From positions 293,961 to 357,960 of the forward strand of contig JANNVQ010000014.1 of assembly GCA_031414535.1 (NCBI GenBank): 64,000 nucleotides of DNA, in the 5' to 3' direction. Source of the DNA: Gemmatimonas sp. (GTDB taxonomy: Bacteria > Gemmatimonadota > Gemmatimonadetes > Gemmatimonadales > Gemmatimonadaceae). Shown here one piece after another: positions 59,676 through 64,000 of this stretch. Numbering within the stretch: position 1 is the stretch's first letter; the number at the start of each line of letters is the position of its first letter. The notes under the pieces were generated by a model that was not told the DNA's origin, ran no database searches, and worked only from the letters and a program-made list of their open reading frames with translations. The translations under genes and the position numbers were made by a program.

Positions 59676-59827
59676 CGGCAACTGTAATCACCACGAAGGC
59701 ACGAAGGGTCCCGAGCAAATCTGAAAATCAGCGCGCCCCCTAAAGTCTCAGAACTTTAGGGGGCGCGTCGATGATGGATCCTGCAGGGAGCCCTTCGTGC
59801 CTTCGTGGTGACGCCGTTCAGCCGTTA
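59673..59827. repeat. Family B palindromic element spanning stop to stop, with an internal hairpin
   Basis: TAACGG..TCACCACGAAGGCACGAAGGG ... CCCTTCGTGCCTTCGTGGTGA..CCGTTA; inner CGCGCCCCCTAAAGT/ACTTTAGGGGGCGCG. Confidence 0.85.
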
Positions 59828-60256
59828 GACGGTAGCCGGCGCGCAATGCTTATCGAAGGCACCCTTGAGCTCATCGGCGATTGCCTCAGCGGAGCGTCCT
59901 TCGATCTGCCAGCGCTCAATCATGTGCACCAACTTACCGTCCTTCAAAACACCAATTGACGGCGAGCTCGGTGCGAAGCCCACGAAGTACGTGCGGGCCT
60001 GGCGCGTCGCGTCCACATCGTTGCCAGCGAACACCGTGAACTTGTGCTCGGGCGTCACGCTGTGCTGAAGGGCCATCGCCACGGCCGGGCGCATGTTGCG
60101 CGCCGCGCAGCCACACATCGAGTTCACCACAAGCAATTGCGTGCCCTTCGTGCCCTGCATGGCGTCGTCTACTGCTTGGGCGGACTTCAGTTCGGCCACG
60201 CCAAGCTGGGCGATTTCTTGGCGCATGGGGCCAATGAAACGTTCGTCGTACATCAT
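59825..60256 (-). CDS. BrxA/BrxB-family bacilliredoxin
   Basis: VNSMCGCAA, TVFAG, PSSPS, ERWQIEGR. Confidence 0.92.
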   Translation of the reverse strand: MMYDERFIGPMRQEIAQLGVAELKSAQAVDDAMQGTKGTQLLVVNSMCGCAARNMRPAVAMALQHSVTPEHKFTVFAGNDVDATRQARTYFVGFAPSSPSIGVLKDGKLVHMIERWQIEGRSAEAIADELKGAFDKHCAPATV

Positions 60257-60284
60257 GTGCGTTCTCCTATGGGGTTCTTGAGGC

Positions 60285-60656
60285 CTATTCGCGGCTCAGG
60301 GCCAGCAACGCAGCCTGAGGGACCACGAGGTAGCGCTCGTTCTCAAACGTGATTTCTACGGCCGCCTTGCGAAAAAACAGGGCGTAGTCGCCCACCTGCG
60401 CCTGCATGGGAATATGGCGTGTGTCCTTCTGACCCGTGATACGCCAGGGCTCGTCCAAATGGTCCGTCACCTCGGGAAGTGGAGTCCCCGGACCCGTCGC
60501 AACGATGCGGCCACCCTGCACCGCCTGGCCCTCCACCGCCGTCGCCGGAAGATACAGCCCCACCTTGGTGCGCTCTTCGCCGTCTTCGAGCTTAATCAGT
60601 ACTCGATCGCCGACGACGATCAGTTCCTTTTTGCCTTTGCGCATTCGACTCATCAA
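60285..60656 (-). CDS. GroES-family co-chaperonin (no adjacent groEL)
   Basis: GDRVLIK, TKVGLYLP, GRIVATGPG, QVGD. Confidence 0.85.
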   Translation of the reverse strand: MMSRMRKGKKELIVVGDRVLIKLEDGEERTKVGLYLPATAVEGQAVQGGRIVATGPGTPLPEVTDHLDEPWRITGQKDTRHIPMQAQVGDYALFFRKAAVEITFENERYLVVPQAALLALSRE

Positions 60657-60657
60657 C

Positions 60658-62052
60658 TCACCGCACCACGAAAAGGTTCGTTTGCCGCTTGAGCGCCCAG
60701 CGCGTGCGCCCGTCGGCCCCGATGATGGCGTCTTCCTCCTGCGCCATCCGTACCGGCTGGTTGCCCCACTCGGGAATCGGCGAGGTCACCTGCAGTTCAA
60801 TCGAGTACCACATGTTGGCAATCACCTTGGGCTCGCCCTGCGGGCCGGTGCCGCCCTGCGCATCCCAGCGGCCGAGCAGGGTGCCGGCGCCATGGCCGTG
60901 CATGCCAATCGGATGTGAATACAACGTGCCATTGAGACCGGCTGCACGCATCCGCGCTAGCGCCGCCGCTAGGACTTCGTTGCCCGAACGCCCTGGCCGC
61001 AGCTCTTCCATCGTGAAATCCTGCAGGCGGTTGGCATTCGTGAGTGCGCGCTGTAATCCAATGGGCGGCATCGTCTCGCCGGGCATCAGCACGTAACCCA
61101 TGTGCTGGGTGTCGGTGTTGAGCCCAAGCGCAGTGATGCCCACATCGCAGTGCAGCACGTCGCCACGCTGGATGATGGGGTCATCGCCCAGCTGCGCCGC
61201 ACTCACGCCACGTCGCTGCACGCTCACGCTCGGCTGAAACCAGGTCCCGAGCCCGCGGTCGTTCACCTGCTGACGCCACCACCACACCAGATCACTCGTG
61301 CGCGTCACACCGGGGGTCACCGCCGCCTCGGAGAACATCCGCTCGGTGAGCTCCCACACCAGCTTTTGTAGCTCGGCGTAGAACTGCGCCTCTTCGGGTA
61401 TGCGCGTGGCGATGAAGTCGAGCGCCAGCGCGTCAATCGAGCGAAAGCGTGCGGTCCAGCGCGCGCCCAGCGCCTCGCTCATGCCATCGCGCTCGCCGGC
61501 CGTGAGGCCGTCAGAGAAGGCAAAGTTTCGCGACACGTTGATAGCCACCACCTTGGGATCGCGCTCCTCAAGCACGGTCTTGAGCGCATTCCACTGCTCG
61601 GCGCCCACGAGTTCCGCCTGCCGCGCCTCAACGCCGGCATCCGCCGCCGCCATCGCGCGGCGAGCCTCGTAGAGCCCGCCCTGCGAGCTGCCGCCGAGCG
61701 CGATGCGCTCTACGCAGCTGCCATCACCCGGATCCGTGCGTCCAGACGCCGCGCACTTATCGAAAAACACGTAGATGGTCCGCCGCCGCGCCGCAAACGT
61801 CTCCGGCGACACTAACGAGGAGAACATCGGATCCTCGTTGTACTCGCGCATAGGAATCACCCAGGCATCAACGCCGTGACGGCGCATCACCGCAGGCAAC
61901 ACCGTCTTGAGCCGCTTTTCTAGCCAAGCCTGTTGAAGCACCGCCTGCTCCCGAAGGGTGCCGAACGGGCGCGTTTGGGCTTCAACGGCGGACGGAAGAC
62001 GGATGACGGATGCCAACAGCAGCAACGCAGTTACCCCAAGCATTCTCCGCAT
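60658..62052 (-). CDS. Secreted M24 (Xaa-Pro) metallopeptidase
   Basis: Signal peptide; HCDVG..TDTQH, SHPIGMHGHG, SIE, EED; start at MRRM. Confidence 0.85.
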   Translation of the reverse strand: MRRMLGVTALLLLASVIRLPSAVEAQTRPFGTLREQAVLQQAWLEKRLKTVLPAVMRRHGVDAWVIPMREYNEDPMFSSLVSPETFAARRRTIYVFFDKCAASGRTDPGDGSCVERIALGGSSQGGLYEARRAMAAADAGVEARQAELVGAEQWNALKTVLEERDPKVVAINVSRNFAFSDGLTAGERDGMSEALGARWTARFRSIDALALDFIATRIPEEAQFYAELQKLVWELTERMFSEAAVTPGVTRTSDLVWWWRQQVNDRGLGTWFQPSVSVQRRGVSAAQLGDDPIIQRGDVLHCDVGITALGLNTDTQHMGYVLMPGETMPPIGLQRALTNANRLQDFTMEELRPGRSGNEVLAAALARMRAAGLNGTLYSHPIGMHGHGAGTLLGRWDAQGGTGPQGEPKVIANMWYSIELQVTSPIPEWGNQPVRMAQEEDAIIGADGRTRWALKRQTNLFVVR

Positions 62053-62095
62053 CGCTCCGTGCCTCCGTGTCTCCGTGGTGATGCCGTTGCAGTTA
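61990..62095. repeat. Family A arm (61990-62013, in the signal peptide) and family B half (62055-62095)
   Basis: GGACGGAAGACGGATGACGGATGC; CTCCGTGCCTCCGTGTCTCCGTGGTGATGCCGTTGCAGTTA. Confidence 0.85.
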
Positions 62096-62102
62096 AAAAG
62101 AA

Positions 62103-62603
62103 TCATGTGTGCGTCACCTCGCGCCCCTTGAGCAGGAGCAGTCGAACAACCGTGGATACCAGAGCAAGCACCACCGCGAAGAGCGTGATGCCCACTACGC
62201 GGAAGAACATCGTGCGCAGCGCCGTCACCTGCCAATCTTCGATGGTCGCTGACATTGAACCGACCACCTCGAGACCCAAGAGGGTCAGCGCCAGCGACAC
62301 GAGCACTTCCGTACTCGCTTCCACCAGCGCAAACATCGGCGCCCGCCACCACCACGCGCGCGCCGGATAGTTGCCCAAGTACAGCGTCGCCATCAAGAAC
62401 AGGAACACGGCGCCACCGATGAAGGTCCCGGCAATCCACAGCCAAGAATCGCTCCATCCGAAGGTCAACACGAAGGCGCGGTACCCGCGCAGCCCTGCGC
62501 CCGTCGCCATGCCCATCGCCAGCATGGACATCCCGAACTTCCGCCAGAAGCCCGGCTCGTCGAGCATCGCGGTCATGACGACCGTCGAGCGCAGCAGCGG
62601 CAC
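62103..62603 (-). CDS. Hypothetical membrane protein (about 4 TM)
   Basis: Hydrophobic ORF within the lepB-ridA run. Confidence 0.7.
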   Translation of the reverse strand: MPLLRSTVVMTAMLDEPGFWRKFGMSMLAMGMATGAGLRGYRAFVLTFGWSDSWLWIAGTFIGGAVFLFLMATLYLGNYPARAWWWRAPMFALVEASTEVLVSLALTLLGLEVVGSMSATIEDWQVTALRTMFFRVVGITLFAVVLALVSTVVRLLLLKGREVTHT

Positions 62604-62620
62604 TTGGGCGTCCGGTCAGG

Positions 62621-63166
62621 TCAGCGGGTGGCGATGCATTCGATTTCGACCCGCGCATTCAGCGCGAGTCCGCTCGTGCCAAACGCCGAGCGGGCGGGCA
62701 GTCGTCCTTCGGGGAAGAACTCGCGGTACACGACGTTCATCCGATCCCACTCCTTCATGTCGGCCATCATCACCGTGCACTTCACGATCTTGTCCATCGA
62801 GGAGCCCACGGCCTCGACCGTCTGCTTGATATTGGTCAGCGTCTGACGCGTCTCGGCTTCGATGCCTCCGGCGACCACAGCTCCGTTGGCAGCTGCGTCC
62901 GTGCCAATCTGGCCCGAGAGGAAGATGACGTCGCCCACACGCACGGCCGGCGAGAAGGGGCGCGTCGGCTTGCCGAAGGGCGTGAGGTACTCGACGTCAG
63001 AAGCGCGGGGCTCAACGAACTGGCCATCGGCAGGCCGGGCCGCACGCTCCGTGACGACGTCCGGCGAATCGCGCTCAGTGGCCCAAGAGAAAATCAGCAT
63101 CGCCGCGATGGCGCCAACGGCAAGCGATCCCACGATGACCTGCTGCGTGCGGTTCGACTCGCTCAT
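62621..63166 (-). CDS. RidA-family protein with an N-terminal TM/signal segment
   Basis: PFSPAV..FLSGQIG, MNVVY, PARS, VEIECIA. Confidence 0.9.
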   Translation of the reverse strand: MSESNRTQQVIVGSLAVGAIAAMLIFSWATERDSPDVVTERAARPADGQFVEPRASDVEYLTPFGKPTRPFSPAVRVGDVIFLSGQIGTDAAANGAVVAGGIEAETRQTLTNIKQTVEAVGSSMDKIVKCTVMMADMKEWDRMNVVYREFFPEGRLPARSAFGTSGLALNARVEIECIATR

Positions 63167-63954
63167 TTGAGTACATGCCCAATGCGCGACCAGCGGATGT
63201 CGGTCAAGAACGGCAACGGCCGGTCGGAGTCGTCGGCGTTCCACGAGTAGTACACGAACAGCGGCCGCCCGCGCACGTTCTCGCGCGGCACGATGCCCCA
63301 GTAGCGCGAGTCCTTTGACTGATACCGATTGTCGCCCATCATCCAGAAGTGCCCCGCTGGGATGACCAGCGGGCCCCAGTTATCCAACGTGGGCCGCTCC
63401 GGTGCCTCGCCAAAGCGCGAGCTGTCGAGCGCAATCTTCCGCTGCCACTCAAACAACGGATGCCAGTCCTCACCCGACGTGCCCGAGCGGTCTGCCGTCT
63501 GAAAGCCCAGCCGCTGTGGCGCACCATTGATGTGCACCACGCCGTCACGCGAGTAGATGGTGTCACCCGCCATGCCAATGAGCCGCTTCACCAAAATCGG
63601 CGTCGGGTCCTCCGGCTGGTCAATCTGCAGCGGCGAAATAAACACCACGATCTCGCCACGCTGCGGCTCGGCGTAGCCTGGCAGGTTGATCTTTGTGAAC
63701 GGGATGTGCGGGCCGTACCGCAGCTTGTTCACGAACAGCCAGTCGCCAATCAGCATAGACGGAATCATCGAGCCCGATGGAATCCGGTAGGCCTCGACGA
63801 GAAAGGTGCGCAGCAGCAGGAAGATGGCGATGGTCGCGGCCAGCGACTTGAACCCCTCCCAGAACTTCCGGGCGTCGAATGCGGACCCACCGCCCCCGCG
63901 GGCAGCCGCGACGACGTTCTTGGGACCAGACTTGGATGCACGTTTTTTGGTCAC
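63163..63954 (-). CDS. lepB: Signal peptidase I
   Basis: IPSGSM, VKRLIG, MGDNR..SKDSRYWG. Confidence 0.96.
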   Translation of the reverse strand: MTKKRASKSGPKNVVAAARGGGGSAFDARKFWEGFKSLAATIAIFLLLRTFLVEAYRIPSGSMIPSMLIGDWLFVNKLRYGPHIPFTKINLPGYAEPQRGEIVVFISPLQIDQPEDPTPILVKRLIGMAGDTIYSRDGVVHINGAPQRLGFQTADRSGTSGEDWHPLFEWQRKIALDSSRFGEAPERPTLDNWGPLVIPAGHFWMMGDNRYQSKDSRYWGIVPRENVRGRPLFVYYSWNADDSDRPLPFLTDIRWSRIGHVLK

Positions 63955-64000
63955 CCCACAAAACTAGAGGGGCGGGCCGGGTTGCGGCCCCCCCAGCCCC

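Noticed and set aside
60285..60656. Orphan GroES as a novelty
   Set aside because: Stand-alone GroES paralogues are common; nothing here suggests a special system
62053..62658. N-terminal 200-aa extension of the M24 ORF
   Set aside because: Overlaps another gene and a repeat; the signal peptide starts at 62052

Overview
GC-rich bacterial chromosome window; gene content is compatible with Gemmatimonadota, but that is an inference. Housekeeping flanks: vgb-like gene, GGDEF gene and suf operon (1-9.15 kb); then a surface lipoprotein, ggt, a glycosyltransferase/methyltransferase/desaturase cluster, wtpABC-like and Nat-like ABC transporters, brxA/B, groES-like, M24 peptidase, ridA and lepB (44-64 kb). 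Between them lies a ~34-kb accessory/defence region (about 9.2-43.9 kb). It holds CoiA-like nuclease + OLD + UvrD (Gabija-like), an SNF2/DUF1156/DUF499 restriction-like operon, a tRNA-derived att remnant, TerB-AAA, a second OLD-like ATPase, vWA, many toxin-antitoxin genes and a PafB/PafC-like WYL pair (pafB frameshifted). Main observation: eight intergenic copies of a TGTC(A/G)(G/C)-N10-nAnnnT motif matching the mycobacterial PafBC sigma-adaptation promoter. Each points into a downstream gene, including both defence operons and pafBC itself. This suggests a WYL-activated, nucleic-acid-sensing defence/stress regulon outside Actinobacteria. All calls were made by eye from motifs; no database searches were run.
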